A DNA stretch of 64,000 bases, from the NCBI GenBank assembly GCA_963827655.1, contig CAWHCF010000029.1:160001-224000 (forward strand). Reading direction: 5' to 3'. This DNA is from an uncultured Acidobacteriota bacterium. GTDB lineage: Bacteria; Acidobacteriota; UBA6911. The position numbers were made by a program, and so were the translations under genes. Under the pieces are notes generated by a model. It saw only the letters and a program-made list of their open reading frames with translations. It searched no databases and was not told the origin of the DNA. Positions 18,864-28,255 of the stretch are shown piece by piece (positions within the stretch are counted from its first letter, which is position 1; each line of letters opens with the position of its first letter).

Positions 18864-20054
18864 ATGGCCCGTCTCTCCGGTGAAGGATTGCGTGTGGTTG
18901 TCTGCCTTTTTTTGGTTCTGTTCGTTGGGGTAGCCGACAACCAGGTCGTAAGCCCTCTGCTCCCCGCGATTCGGACGCAGCTGGGAAAGTCTACTCAGGA
19001 AGCCAGCATCTTGTTTACCGGGTATTCGCTTTCAGCCGGGTTGTCGGTTCTGATCTGGGGACCATTGTCTGACTTGTTTGGCTGCAAACGGGGTTTGCTG
19101 ACCGGTCTGGCGGTCTTTGTTTTCGGTTCGTCGATTTCATTCCTTTCGTTCGGTTATTTTTCGCTCTTGACCGGGCGCGTCGTAACGGGGATGGGGGCCA
19201 GCATGCTAAGCCTCAATACCATCTCCTACGCGGCCGATTATTTTCCCTACGCCAGGCGCGGCCTGGCCATGAGCTCGATATTCTCCTCTTACTTCGCCGC
19301 ACTCATCCTGGGAGTCCCGCTTTTATCGCTTCTCGGGGATGCTCTGGGGTGGAGCGCCGTCTTCGGGATTACCGGCGCCCTCGCGCTCTTGCTGCTTGCA
19401 TCAACCTACTGGTTGTTGCCGGCGGTGACAGGGCAGCCGCGTTCGACGGTTTCCGACCTCTTCCTGTTTCGGCAGCTCTCGACCTATTTCCAGTTTTTGA
19501 AGACGCGAAGCACTCTCGGCGCCCTGCTGAGCTCTTTTTTTGCTTCGGCTGGAATGATGGGGTTTCTGGCCTTTGTGGGCGTGTGGCTTCACGATAGCTT
19601 CGGGATAACCGGGAAACAGGTCGGGCTGATCTTCCTCGCCTCGGGCACCGCGGCTCTGCTGGCCTCCCCCTGGGCCGGAGCTTTATCGGACCGGATCGGG
19701 AAACGCTTTCAGTTCGTGATCAGCAGTCTCGCGCTCGCGGTCCTGCTGGTATGCCTCCCCCAGCTCAGGTGGGGGATTCCCCTCTTTCTAGTCTTCGCGG
19801 CCGTGAGCCTGGCGGCGGCGTTTCGCCAGGGTCCAATGGAGGCGCTCACCACCGAAGTAGTTCCGGCCGGCCTGCGCGGGTCGTTCATTGCCCTGAAGAA
19901 TTCGTTCTCTCAACTCGGAATTGGCGCCGCGGCACTCGCGTCGGGTATCCTGTTCGAGGTTGGGGGGTACGCAGCCGTCTGTCTTTTTTGCGCCGTACTC
20001 AGCCTCGCCGCGGCCGGCAGCATGTTCCTGCTGGTGCGCCAGGCGAATCTCTAG
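18864..20054 (+). CDS. MFS transporter
   Basis: About 12 hydrophobic helices; GPLSDLFG and GALSDRIGKR motif A. Confidence 0.9.
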   Translation: MARLSGEGLRVVVCLFLVLFVGVADNQVVSPLLPAIRTQLGKSTQEASILFTGYSLSAGLSVLIWGPLSDLFGCKRGLLTGLAVFVFGSSISFLSFGYFSLLTGRVVTGMGASMLSLNTISYAADYFPYARRGLAMSSIFSSYFAALILGVPLLSLLGDALGWSAVFGITGALALLLLASTYWLLPAVTGQPRSTVSDLFLFRQLSTYFQFLKTRSTLGALLSSFFASAGMMGFLAFVGVWLHDSFGITGKQVGLIFLASGTAALLASPWAGALSDRIGKRFQFVISSLALAVLLVCLPQLRWGIPLFLVFAAVSLAAAFRQGPMEALTTEVVPAGLRGSFIALKNSFSQLGIGAAALASGILFEVGGYAAVCLFCAVLSLAAAGSMFLLVRQANL

Positions 20055-20227
20055 CGGTGCTCTGGTTCCCTGGTCTCTGTCTGGCAGCGCAGGTCGGCGG
20101 GGTGATCGGGAATAGCCGGGTGGCCTGGCGGAAAAATATTTGGCAGCAAATTTTGGATTTAGCTAAAATATAAGGTTTAGACCAGCTTGACGAGTTTCCA
20201 ATTCGTACAATTTCGAGGAGGATTTCC

Positions 20228-21370
20228 TTGCAGACCGCAAAGTATAGCCTTCCAATCCTTTGCCTGGCTCTGACTCTCATTCAGTGTGGCGGGCACGATC
20301 CGGATGCCCCCGACGCGATGGCCGACATGCAGAAGAACAAATTCGTGCGCATCGCCACTGATGCAGTGAATTTGCCGTTTTCGTTTGGCTCCGGGACTGG
20401 AGTCCAGGGATTCGACGTCGATATCGGAGCCGAAATCGGCAAAGGCGTCGGCTACGAGGTGAAATGGATCAAAATGCCTTTTGAGCGGCTGTTTGAGCTT
20501 CTGAAAAAGGGGGAAGTCGAGCTGGTCATCTCGGCGATTTCAATCACCCCGGAAAGAAAAAAGGATCTCGCGTTCTCGGAGCCCTACTTTGAGAGCGGCA
20601 ATACGATCGCGCACCGCCGGGACAACAAGACGATTAAAGACCTGGCCAGCCTTGCGGGGAAGAAAGTCGGAGTTCAATCGAGCTCGACCGGTCAGAGATT
20701 CCTGGAGTCTCAGAAGACTGCCGCCAATGTGACGATCACAAAGTTTCCCACGCTGGATGACGCCCTCGGCGCACTCAATCGGACTGAGATTGACGCCGTC
20801 GTCGGCGACGAGCCCATCCTCACCTATAGCATTTACAAGAGCTTCCCGAATCTAATGACCGGCGGGCTCCGGGTTACTGAGGAAGAGTATGGCGTGGTTA
20901 CCCGCAAGAACGAAAAAGAGCTTCTGGCGAAGGTGAACGAGACGATTGCGCGTCTCAAGAAGTCCGGTGAGTTGGTCGAGCTGCGTAAGAAGTGGTTCCA
21001 GGACGTGATGGAGCGAACCAGCACCGAGCGTCAGGAGATGCGAAAGGACGAACAACTGAGAGAAGCGCCCAAAGCCGTGTCATTCAACATCGTCAAAACC
21101 GGTGGGGGCTACAATCTCGATCGGCTGGATGGGTTCGAAGTAAACCTGGTGGGATCGAATGGATCGTTCAAGTCCTCGCCCATAACCACGGCGGGGAACC
21201 GGGGCAGCTGTCGATTCAGCGCTCCGATACCTCCCGGTGAATACCGCCTGAATATGCCTGCCTTGAAAATCAACACGACGATTAATATTCCCAAGACGGC
21301 TTCTCGCTCTGTGACGATTGACATGCGGATCACGCCGAGCGGGATTGACTTCGTTCCGAGGACTTCGTGA
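20228..21370 (+). CDS. Polar amino-acid substrate-binding lipoprotein (SBP family 3) with extra C-terminal domain
   Basis: Signal ending LIQC; GFDVDIG, ISAISITPERKK, FSEPYF, GKKVGVQ, KKWF; about 100 aa beta-rich extension. Confidence 0.85.
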   Translation: MQTAKYSLPILCLALTLIQCGGHDPDAPDAMADMQKNKFVRIATDAVNLPFSFGSGTGVQGFDVDIGAEIGKGVGYEVKWIKMPFERLFELLKKGEVELVISAISITPERKKDLAFSEPYFESGNTIAHRRDNKTIKDLASLAGKKVGVQSSSTGQRFLESQKTAANVTITKFPTLDDALGALNRTEIDAVVGDEPILTYSIYKSFPNLMTGGLRVTEEEYGVVTRKNEKELLAKVNETIARLKKSGELVELRKKWFQDVMERTSTERQEMRKDEQLREAPKAVSFNIVKTGGGYNLDRLDGFEVNLVGSNGSFKSSPITTAGNRGSCRFSAPIPPGEYRLNMPALKINTTINIPKTASRSVTIDMRITPSGIDFVPRTS

Positions 21371-21395
21371 TTCAGGCATCGATGCGCGAACGAGG

Positions 21396-22568
21396 ATGAA
21401 AGCACATTCGTTTCGAACCATTTTCATGACCGCCCTTATGTCGGCGGTCGTTACCCTGCTGCTGCTTCGTTGGGACTTGATCCCCGGGTTCGACGGCCGC
21501 GGGCGGCCCGCAGGGACCCGCGTGGAGGGAGCGTCGCCGCCTGCCGGCCAGCCCCCGCTGAGTCCTGACGAAGATACGAACATCCGCGTGTACAACAAAG
21601 TCAGCGCCGGGGTGGTCAACATAACCTCGATCGTCGTGGAATTCGATTTCTTTCTTTCCCCCGTGGCGAAGCCGGGAACCGGAAGCGGAGCGGTGCTGGA
21701 CCGCGACGGCAACATCGTCACCAACTACCATGTCATCGCTTCGGCGAGAGAACTGGAAGTGGCTTTGCCCGATCAGACCAAGTACCGCGCCGCGGTGGTC
21801 GGGGCGGACCCGCCTAACGACATCGCGGTGATCAAGATCAACGCGAAGCCTGAGCGCCTTCACCCTGTGCCGCTGGGTGAATCCGCAGGTCTCAAAGTGG
21901 GGCAGAAAGTGCTGGCGATCGGCAATCCGTTCCGGCTTCAGAACACACTCACCACCGGAATCATCAGCTCGCTGGGACGGACGATACAGACCGACAGCGG
22001 CGATCGGATTGAGAATATCATTCAGACCGATGCCGCGATCAATCCTGGCAATTCCGGCGGTCCCCTTCTGAATACTGCCGGAGAGATGATCGGTATAAAC
22101 ACGCGTATCTATAGTACCAGTGGCGGGAGCCTCGGGATCGGATTTGCGGTGCCGGTCAACACGGTTCGGCGTGTCACGGACGATCTAATCAAGCACGGTC
22201 GTGTGCTGCGCCCGTCGCTCGGGGTCGAGGGCTACACGATCACTGAATTTCTCCGCACCGGGCTCGACCTTCCGGTTGACCGTGGAGTCCTGGTGGCGCG
22301 GGTACATCCCGGGAGCGCAGCCGAGAGCTCTGACATCAAAGGGGCCTCGGAGGTTGCCGTCCTTTACAACGAGCGGGTTCTTGTGGGTGGAGATATCATT
22401 ACGCACGTCGACGGAAAGGCAATCTCATCGAGTGGAGACTTGCGGCTCGCGCTGGAAGGAAAAAGGCCGGGGGACACGGTGCAGATCACCATTTATCGCG
22501 GCCGCTCGAAACTTGAGAAGTCAGTGCTCCTCACGGAACTTCCTCGGCAGCGCGGCTTTCGTTTCTAG
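21396..22568 (+). CDS. HtrA/DegP-family serine protease with one PDZ domain
   Basis: GTGSG, TNYHV, DIAVIK, IQTDAAINPGNSGGPL. Confidence 0.95.
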   Translation: MKAHSFRTIFMTALMSAVVTLLLLRWDLIPGFDGRGRPAGTRVEGASPPAGQPPLSPDEDTNIRVYNKVSAGVVNITSIVVEFDFFLSPVAKPGTGSGAVLDRDGNIVTNYHVIASARELEVALPDQTKYRAAVVGADPPNDIAVIKINAKPERLHPVPLGESAGLKVGQKVLAIGNPFRLQNTLTTGIISSLGRTIQTDSGDRIENIIQTDAAINPGNSGGPLLNTAGEMIGINTRIYSTSGGSLGIGFAVPVNTVRRVTDDLIKHGRVLRPSLGVEGYTITEFLRTGLDLPVDRGVLVARVHPGSAAESSDIKGASEVAVLYNERVLVGGDIITHVDGKAISSSGDLRLALEGKRPGDTVQITIYRGRSKLEKSVLLTELPRQRGFRF

Positions 22569-22584
22569 TCCAACCTTCGGATCT

Positions 22585-22620
22585 CTTAGTGTTTCTTCGC
22601 GTCTTCGAGTCTTAGCGGTT
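22585..22620. repeat. Octamer-family single arm
   Basis: CTTAGTGTTTCTTCGCGTCTTCGAGTCTTAGCGGTT. Confidence 0.85.
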
Positions 22621-23704
22621 GCTTTTGTTGGATTTCGTCGAATTGCCCAGCGCAGCTTGTTTAGTCGTAACGCTCTTGTTCGGGACGTTCCTTGGGACGT
22701 CCGCCGGACGCAGTCCCGACGAAGCGAGCGAGGTTGCCAAGCTCGCCGAGGGAGTCTACGCCCGCATTGTCCGTCCCGACGGTCCTGCCGTGAGCAACGC
22801 GGGATTCATCGTTCTGGAAAACGAAGTTCTGGTCTACGACACGCACGCGACTCCGGAGGCAGGCCAGGCGTTGCTCTCGGCGATTGCCACGGTTACTGCA
22901 AAACCGGTCCGCTACATAGTCAACAGTCACTTCCATCCTGATCACACCCATGGCAATCAGGTATTCGGCGGCTCAGTTCTGATCCTGGGCAGCACGAACG
23001 CGCGCCGCGACATACTGCAAAAAGACGTCCCGGCGATGAACCGCAGTCTTAACATCGCGCAAACTCAGCTCGCGAGAATGCGCAGGGAACTGCTTAAAGA
23101 GCGAGACCGCGACCTGCAAACTTCGTTACGCAACCAGATCCGGCAACGGCAGGAGTTTGTGGACCGCATCTCGAAGATCAGGGTCATTCCCCCGATCCTG
23201 ACTCTCGATGACAGGCTGACTCTTAAGGACGCCGCCCGGGAGATCCAGGTGTTCCACGTGGGCACCGGACACACGGAGGGCGATCTGATTCTGTTTTTAC
23301 CCAGGGAGAGGATTGCGTTTCTCGGCGATCTCTTCTTTAATCGGGCTTTGCCCAATGCGCAGGATTCTTTCCTGCTCCCTTGGATGGCGACGCTGGGCGC
23401 CATTTTGAAACTTGAAGCAGATGTCTTCGTGCCGGGTCACGGTCCCGTAGGGAACCGGGATCAGTTGAAGCAATTTCTCGAATACCTCGAGGATTTGAAA
23501 GCATCGATCGAGCCCAGGGTAAGCCGGGGGGACAGCATGGAACAGGTGCTTCAAGATTTACAGGTTCCAGCGAAATATGCTTCTTTCGATTTCCAGAATT
23601 TCTTTCCGGCCAACGTCCAGAGAATGTACGTCGAACTGAAGGGTCTGCGAGCGTCACAGACTCCGGGCTCAATTCCCAAAGCCGTTAAGAAGGCTCCTGA
23701 CTAA
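22619..23704 (+). CDS. Secreted metallo-beta-lactamase-fold hydrolase (cyclase-like)
   Basis: NSHFHPDHTHGN, GHTEGD, GDLFF, VPGHG; signal-like N-terminus; start uncertain. Confidence 0.88.
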   Translation: MLLLDFVELPSAACLVVTLLFGTFLGTSAGRSPDEASEVAKLAEGVYARIVRPDGPAVSNAGFIVLENEVLVYDTHATPEAGQALLSAIATVTAKPVRYIVNSHFHPDHTHGNQVFGGSVLILGSTNARRDILQKDVPAMNRSLNIAQTQLARMRRELLKERDRDLQTSLRNQIRQRQEFVDRISKIRVIPPILTLDDRLTLKDAAREIQVFHVGTGHTEGDLILFLPRERIAFLGDLFFNRALPNAQDSFLLPWMATLGAILKLEADVFVPGHGPVGNRDQLKQFLEYLEDLKASIEPRVSRGDSMEQVLQDLQVPAKYASFDFQNFFPANVQRMYVELKGLRASQTPGSIPKAVKKAPD

Positions 23705-23706
23705 CC

Positions 23707-24618
23707 ATGGCATGCATCCTGATCAGTGGTGGGAGCGGGTTTCTGGGACACAACCTGATCCTTGGGCTGGCGCGCGAACACCGCGTTATCGCGGGTTTTC
23801 ACAGCACTCGACTCGACCTTGAGCGCGCCGTTGCTGTACACCTGGACGTCACCCAGCCAGCGCAACTGGCTGAACAATTCACCCGGCTAAAACCGGATCT
23901 GGTGGTTCACGCGGCGGCTCTTTCCCAGCCCGACGAGTGCGAGAGGCACCCCGGGCGAGCGCAAGGCGTCATAGTCGACGGCAGCCGCAACATGGCGCAG
24001 GCATCGCGAGAGTTCGGGTTCCGTCTGATCCATATTTCTACCGATCTGGTTTTTGATGGAACGAAAGGAAACTACACGGAAGAAGATCAGGTGCGCGGAA
24101 TCTCAGTTTATTCGAGAGCGAAGATTGAAGCCGAAAGGATCGTGCGTGAAATTGCGCCCTCCGCAGTCATTCTTCGGATCGCCGTTCTCTACGGTCCCGG
24201 GAATCGCGATCATCCCGGATTCGTAGATACCGTGATGGCGCGCTGGCGCTCAGGTCAGCCCATGACCTTTTATGTCGATCAGTATCGAACGCCGACGTTT
24301 GCGCCCCAGGTCGCCGACGTGGTCCAGAATCTGTTACTTCATCCCGAATCAGCCGGGGTGTTTCACATGGGAGGGAGCGACCGGCTGTCGCGCTACGATT
24401 TCGGCCTGCTTCTCGCCCGTCAAGTCGGAGCGCCAGGATCTCTTGTGCAGGCCGGCAGCATGTGGGACACGGCAGGAGCCGCGCCACGGGGAGCCGATTG
24501 CTCGCTGGTCTCCACCAAGATTGTCGAGCTTCTTGGGGTGAAACCTCTCGCGTGCGCCGAAGGCCTGAAAAAAATGTGCCGCGACGGTTATCTGTTGTCC
24601 CTGAGCCGTTCCGATTGA
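23707..24618 (+). CDS. NAD(P)-dependent oxidoreductase, RfbD/RmlD-like
   Basis: SGGSGFLG, HISTDLVFDG.KG.Y.EED, YSRAKIEAE, DQYRTPT. Confidence 0.88.
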   Translation: MACILISGGSGFLGHNLILGLAREHRVIAGFHSTRLDLERAVAVHLDVTQPAQLAEQFTRLKPDLVVHAAALSQPDECERHPGRAQGVIVDGSRNMAQASREFGFRLIHISTDLVFDGTKGNYTEEDQVRGISVYSRAKIEAERIVREIAPSAVILRIAVLYGPGNRDHPGFVDTVMARWRSGQPMTFYVDQYRTPTFAPQVADVVQNLLLHPESAGVFHMGGSDRLSRYDFGLLLARQVGAPGSLVQAGSMWDTAGAAPRGADCSLVSTKIVELLGVKPLACAEGLKKMCRDGYLLSLSRSD

Positions 24619-24704
24619 CGATTGACGATTTTAGGATTGAACGATTTGACTTGCTTTGATAGTTTGCGTTAACCACGACCCCAAGGTCGTCAATCGTTAA
24701 ATCG
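24612..24704. repeat. Heptamer-family two-arm element
   Basis: CGATTGA CGATTGA CGATTTT AGGATTGAA CGATTTGA ... GTCGTCAATCGTTAAATCG. Confidence 0.75.
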
Positions 24705-24710
24705 GGAATG

Positions 24711-24719
24711 TGTTAAGCT
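24711..24719 (+). promoter_or_regulatory. Extended -10 promoter, probable leaderless transcript
   Basis: TGtTAAGCT followed 7 nt later by ATG 24727; no SD. Confidence 0.5.
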
Positions 24720-24726
24720 GAACGCC

Positions 24727-25560
24727 ATGAGTTTCCAGCTGTCATCATCTTTCAGCCAGTCCTGCGCCTATTGCGGCGGATCGGGGTGGGAGAGAATCGA
24801 AGTTACGGGTACAGTCCGGCGCTGTCGCTGCGGTGAGTCGTTGCGTACCGAGCGGCTCCTTGCGGAGGCCAGGATTCCGCGACGCTACGAACATTGCGAT
24901 CTCGATTCGTACCATCCGAACGACCCAACCCAGAAAAGAGCCAAGACGGATGTAATCCGATTTCTGGAGAAGTATCCCCTGATCGACGTAGGTCTGCTCT
25001 TTCTCGGGTCGTGCGGGGTAGGGAAGACGCATCTGGCCGTGTCTATACTTCGGCAGGTGATTGCGGAAAAAGGCGACCCGGGGCTCTTTTTTGATTTTCG
25101 CGACTTGTTGCGCGAGATCCAGGGGAGCTGGAACACCATTTCCCAGACTTCGGAGATGGAAGTGCTCCGTCCGGTGCTCGAAGCCAAGGTCCTTGTGCTC
25201 GATGAGCTCGGAGCCAACAAGCCGACCGAATGGGTGAGAGACACGATCGCGCACATCATTAACTGCCGCTACAACGATAAGAGGTTGACGATTTTTACCT
25301 CGAACTATGTCGATGAGCCCGTGCGCCACGGAGAGCAGACGCTGGCGGACCGGATCGAAGTTCGAGAGGAGACGCTGGCAGACCGCATCGGAGTTCGGCT
25401 GCGCTCGAGGCTTTTCGAGATGTGCAAGGTGATAGAGATCCGAGGCGATGACTTCCGCCGGCAGATCAAACAAGCGCCAGTATCGATTCTGATCATTACG
25501 ATTGACGATTTACGATTGACTGACGATTGGCTTGATGGCTTGCATTGGGCACCAAACTAA
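24727..25560 (+). CDS. DnaC/DnaI/IstB-like AAA+ ATPase (probable helicase loader); the true end may be 25492
   Basis: CAYCGGSGW..RRCRC, GSCGVGKTHL, LVLDELG, RYN..TIFTSN, DRIG.RL.SRL.EMC. The tail as called reads through a heptamer repeat. Confidence 0.85.
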   Translation: MSFQLSSSFSQSCAYCGGSGWERIEVTGTVRRCRCGESLRTERLLAEARIPRRYEHCDLDSYHPNDPTQKRAKTDVIRFLEKYPLIDVGLLFLGSCGVGKTHLAVSILRQVIAEKGDPGLFFDFRDLLREIQGSWNTISQTSEMEVLRPVLEAKVLVLDELGANKPTEWVRDTIAHIINCRYNDKRLTIFTSNYVDEPVRHGEQTLADRIEVREETLADRIGVRLRSRLFEMCKVIEIRGDDFRRQIKQAPVSILIITIDDLRLTDDWLDGLHWAPN

Positions 25561-25591
25561 ATCGTCAATCGTCAATCGTAAATCGTAAATC
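25496..25591. repeat. Heptamer-family two-arm element between convergent genes
   Basis: TTACGATTGACGATTTACGATTGACTGACGATTG ... AATCGTCAATCGTCAATCGTAAATCGTAAATC. Confidence 0.9.
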
Positions 25592-26033
25592 AAAATGGGA
25601 TATCGTCGTCGGTGATGCCGGGTTCGCCCAGGGCTTCGTCACTCTCGGCGGCAGTCTTGTTGGGACGAGGAGCGCTGGTTCCCCCCGCCTCCATTCCCTC
25701 GGGACGGCTTCCGAGCAGCACTAACTGGCTGGCAACGACCTCGACCGTGCGGCGTTTATTTCCGTCACGGTCATCCCACTCGCGGGTGCGAAGCCGCCCT
25801 TCGATATAGACCTGGCGCCCCTTGGTCAGGTAGCGCTTACTGAGATCCGCGAGCTTTTTCCAGGCCACGATGTTGTGCCACTCGGTGCGCTCCTGGCGCG
25901 TTCCGTTCTTATCAGTCCAGAAGTCGCTCGTGGCAAGACTGAAGTTTGCAACCGGCGAGCCGTCGGTGGTATAGCGGATCTCAGGATCCTTGCCGAGGCG
26001 GCCAATGAGCAAGACCTTGTTTAACGAGCTCAT
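25590..26033 (-). CDS. ssb: Single-stranded DNA-binding protein
   Basis: LNKVLLIGRLGKDPE, TEWH, KGRQVYIEGRL; C-terminal DDDIPF. Confidence 0.98.
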   Translation of the reverse strand: MSSLNKVLLIGRLGKDPEIRYTTDGSPVANFSLATSDFWTDKNGTRQERTEWHNIVAWKKLADLSKRYLTKGRQVYIEGRLRTREWDDRDGNKRRTVEVVASQLVLLGSRPEGMEAGGTSAPRPNKTAAESDEALGEPGITDDDIPF

Positions 26034-26157
26034 AAATTATCCCTGAGCCGGACAAAAACCGGACCTGAACAGCGGTGTTGGCGAGTTGCTGACAATCGGT
26101 GGGTCGTTACCCATTAAGAACAGTTTCGGTTGCGGCCTCATTCAAAAGACCGTCGCG

Positions 26158-27018
26158 TTACGACTTGCGACGGGGAGGGCTGGGTTTGGCTAACCTTGAC
26201 GGGTCAACTCCAAGAGATTCTAGCTGGCTGCGGGCCAGTCCGGCCTCAGGTGCGTTAGGGTAGCGCTGAAGGACCGTCTTGAAGTCCTCCACCGCATTCT
26301 CTTTTTCCTTGAGAGCAACCTCGGCCAGTCCTCGCTTGTAAAGACTGCTCGCAACTTTGTCGCCCGCAGGGAAATCGTTCAGTATCTTGGTGAAAGCCGC
26401 GACGGCCTCCGGCAGCTTCTTGCTGTTGTAGTAGGCTTCGCCTATATAGTACTGAGCGTCGTCGGCCTTCTCGCTGGTGGGAAAGTTGGTTACGAAAGAA
26501 GAGAAGCCCTGGACCGCGAGATCCGTGTTTCCCTGGACCAAGTCACTGAACGCCTCGTTGAAGATTGTGTCGGCCGACATTGAAAGCGAACCGGGATCGC
26601 CCCCGGACGCTTGAAAACGTCGTTCGGTTATCGGCTTGGACTGCACCTTCAGTTCGCTTACCTGCTGCGCCAGCGCCGAAATGCGCGTTCCCGTATCATC
26701 GATTTTTTGATTCAGACTACGTACCTCTTGAAGCAGACCCTGGTTGCTGGATCGGTCGCTGGCCGCTTGAGTCTCCAGCAGGGTGGAAATCTTTCCCAGC
26801 AGGGCATTGGATTTGCCCATCTGGTCGTTGAGCTGACCTACCAGGCCTTTCAGACCCTCCGTCTGCTCGCTTACGGTTTTTTCGAGCAAGCGGATCTGGT
26901 TGGTCAACGCGAGGACATCGGTTTGAAGGCGGAGCAGATCTTCTTTTGTTCCGCCCTGGGCCGAGGGTGAAGCCCCGAGCACGACGCCGAGAAGAAAACA
27001 GCAAGTTATTCGCTTCAT
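26158..27018 (-). CDS. cpoB: Tol-Pal system protein CpoB/YbgF
   Basis: Signal peptide, coiled coil, TPR repeats (FPTSEKADDAQYYIGEAYY); downstream of pal. Confidence 0.88.
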   Translation of the reverse strand: MKRITCCFLLGVVLGASPSAQGGTKEDLLRLQTDVLALTNQIRLLEKTVSEQTEGLKGLVGQLNDQMGKSNALLGKISTLLETQAASDRSSNQGLLQEVRSLNQKIDDTGTRISALAQQVSELKVQSKPITERRFQASGGDPGSLSMSADTIFNEAFSDLVQGNTDLAVQGFSSFVTNFPTSEKADDAQYYIGEAYYNSKKLPEAVAAFTKILNDFPAGDKVASSLYKRGLAEVALKEKENAVEDFKTVLQRYPNAPEAGLARSQLESLGVDPSRLAKPSPPRRKS

Positions 27019-27090
27019 TCGATATCTCCGTGCGAAAATTCACTGCATTATTTCACACGCAGAGCGAGGCTTCAACCAGATGCTTCCGCA

Positions 27091-27119
27091 TTCTTCGCGC
27101 CCTGGTGTCTTCGCAGTGA
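27091..27119. repeat. Degenerate octamer-family arm
   Basis: TTCTTCGCGCCCTGGTGTCTTCGCAGTGA. Confidence 0.55.
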
Positions 27120-27189
27120 ATGAAGTCAGACTGCCAGAAGATGCAAACGCCTGGCTTTCCATCGGCTTCAAACCTTGCCGTCGAGGCTG

Positions 27190-27955
27190 CTATTTCAGAA
27201 CGAAGTGAGCCCGGCGGTTCTTGGACCAGGCTGTTTCATTGTGTCCAGGATCAAAGGGGCGTTCCTCGCCGTAGCTGACAGCTTTCGACGCGTCCCGCTC
27301 CGATTCCCTGGGCTACGAGGAATTCCTTGGTCGCGTTCGCGCGCCGGTCACCTAGCGCCAGGTTATATTTTTCCGATCCCCGTTCGTCACAATGTCCTTC
27401 AATCGTGAAATTCAGGTGCGCTCGTTCAGCGAGGCCGCGCGCGTTGGACTGCAACGTAGTGCGAGCGTCGTCGCGAATGGCATACTCGTCGTAATCGAAA
27501 AAGATATCGTCAATGTTCGTGGTGAACCATGCTTCATCGGCCACCAGGGTGGATTTCGGCGGGGGCGTTGCGGTGGCTTCAGTCACCGTAACTCGGGCGC
27601 TGGTATTCGCGCTGCCTCCTGGACCCGATGCTTTTGCCGTATAGGTGATGGAAGCCGCCGGAGTCACCTGTCGGCTGCCGCTGGCTTCGACGGTTCCGAT
27701 TCCCCCGTCGATCGTGACACTGGTCGCTTCGGTGGAATTCCATTTCAGCGTGGAAGCCTGGCCGCTGGTGATCGTCGATGGGGAGGCTTCCAAGGCGATG
27801 GTCGGAGCCGGAGCGGATGGTTTGGACGGGGGAGCCGGCGGGGCCGGCGGGGCTGATGGCGGCACGGTAGCCACCTTCTTTTTGGCGCACCCTGACTCGG
27901 CGACAAAAAGGGCGGCCAAGAGGAGAACCAAGAACGTGCAACTAGACTTCCTCAT
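27190..27955 (-). CDS. pal: Peptidoglycan-associated lipoprotein Pal (one extra base near 27284)
   Basis: Lipobox ESGC; [28 protein letters not shown]. Removing one A restores VSYGEERP...[13 protein letters not shown]. Confidence 0.93.
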
Positions 27956-28255
27956 GAATCAAGACCTCCTTCTTCTGAGCTGATAATGGTGGTTATTGCA
28001 CTAAGTAGGTTAAGAGTTTCCGCTGCCCTGCCTTGCACATTCAGTGTTAACTGACGGAATCACTATAGCATAGCCCCGCAGTCAAGTTGAAAGAAATCAG
28101 CGTTCTGGGGCCCTGTCCAAACTTTTCCTGGTAAAGGGCCGTCGGTCAGTGGTCGCGCAGCTGTGCCGCAGGATAACGCCCCTGTTCACGACGTTCTCGT
28201 CGGATCCACCGGGCCCTTTCAGGAATCGACTCAGAGGCCTGGTTTTCAGCGCCTC

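Noticed and set aside
24727-25560. IS21 element (IstB)
   Set aside because: No IstA transposase or IS21 terminal repeats; the Zn motif and context fit a replication loader.
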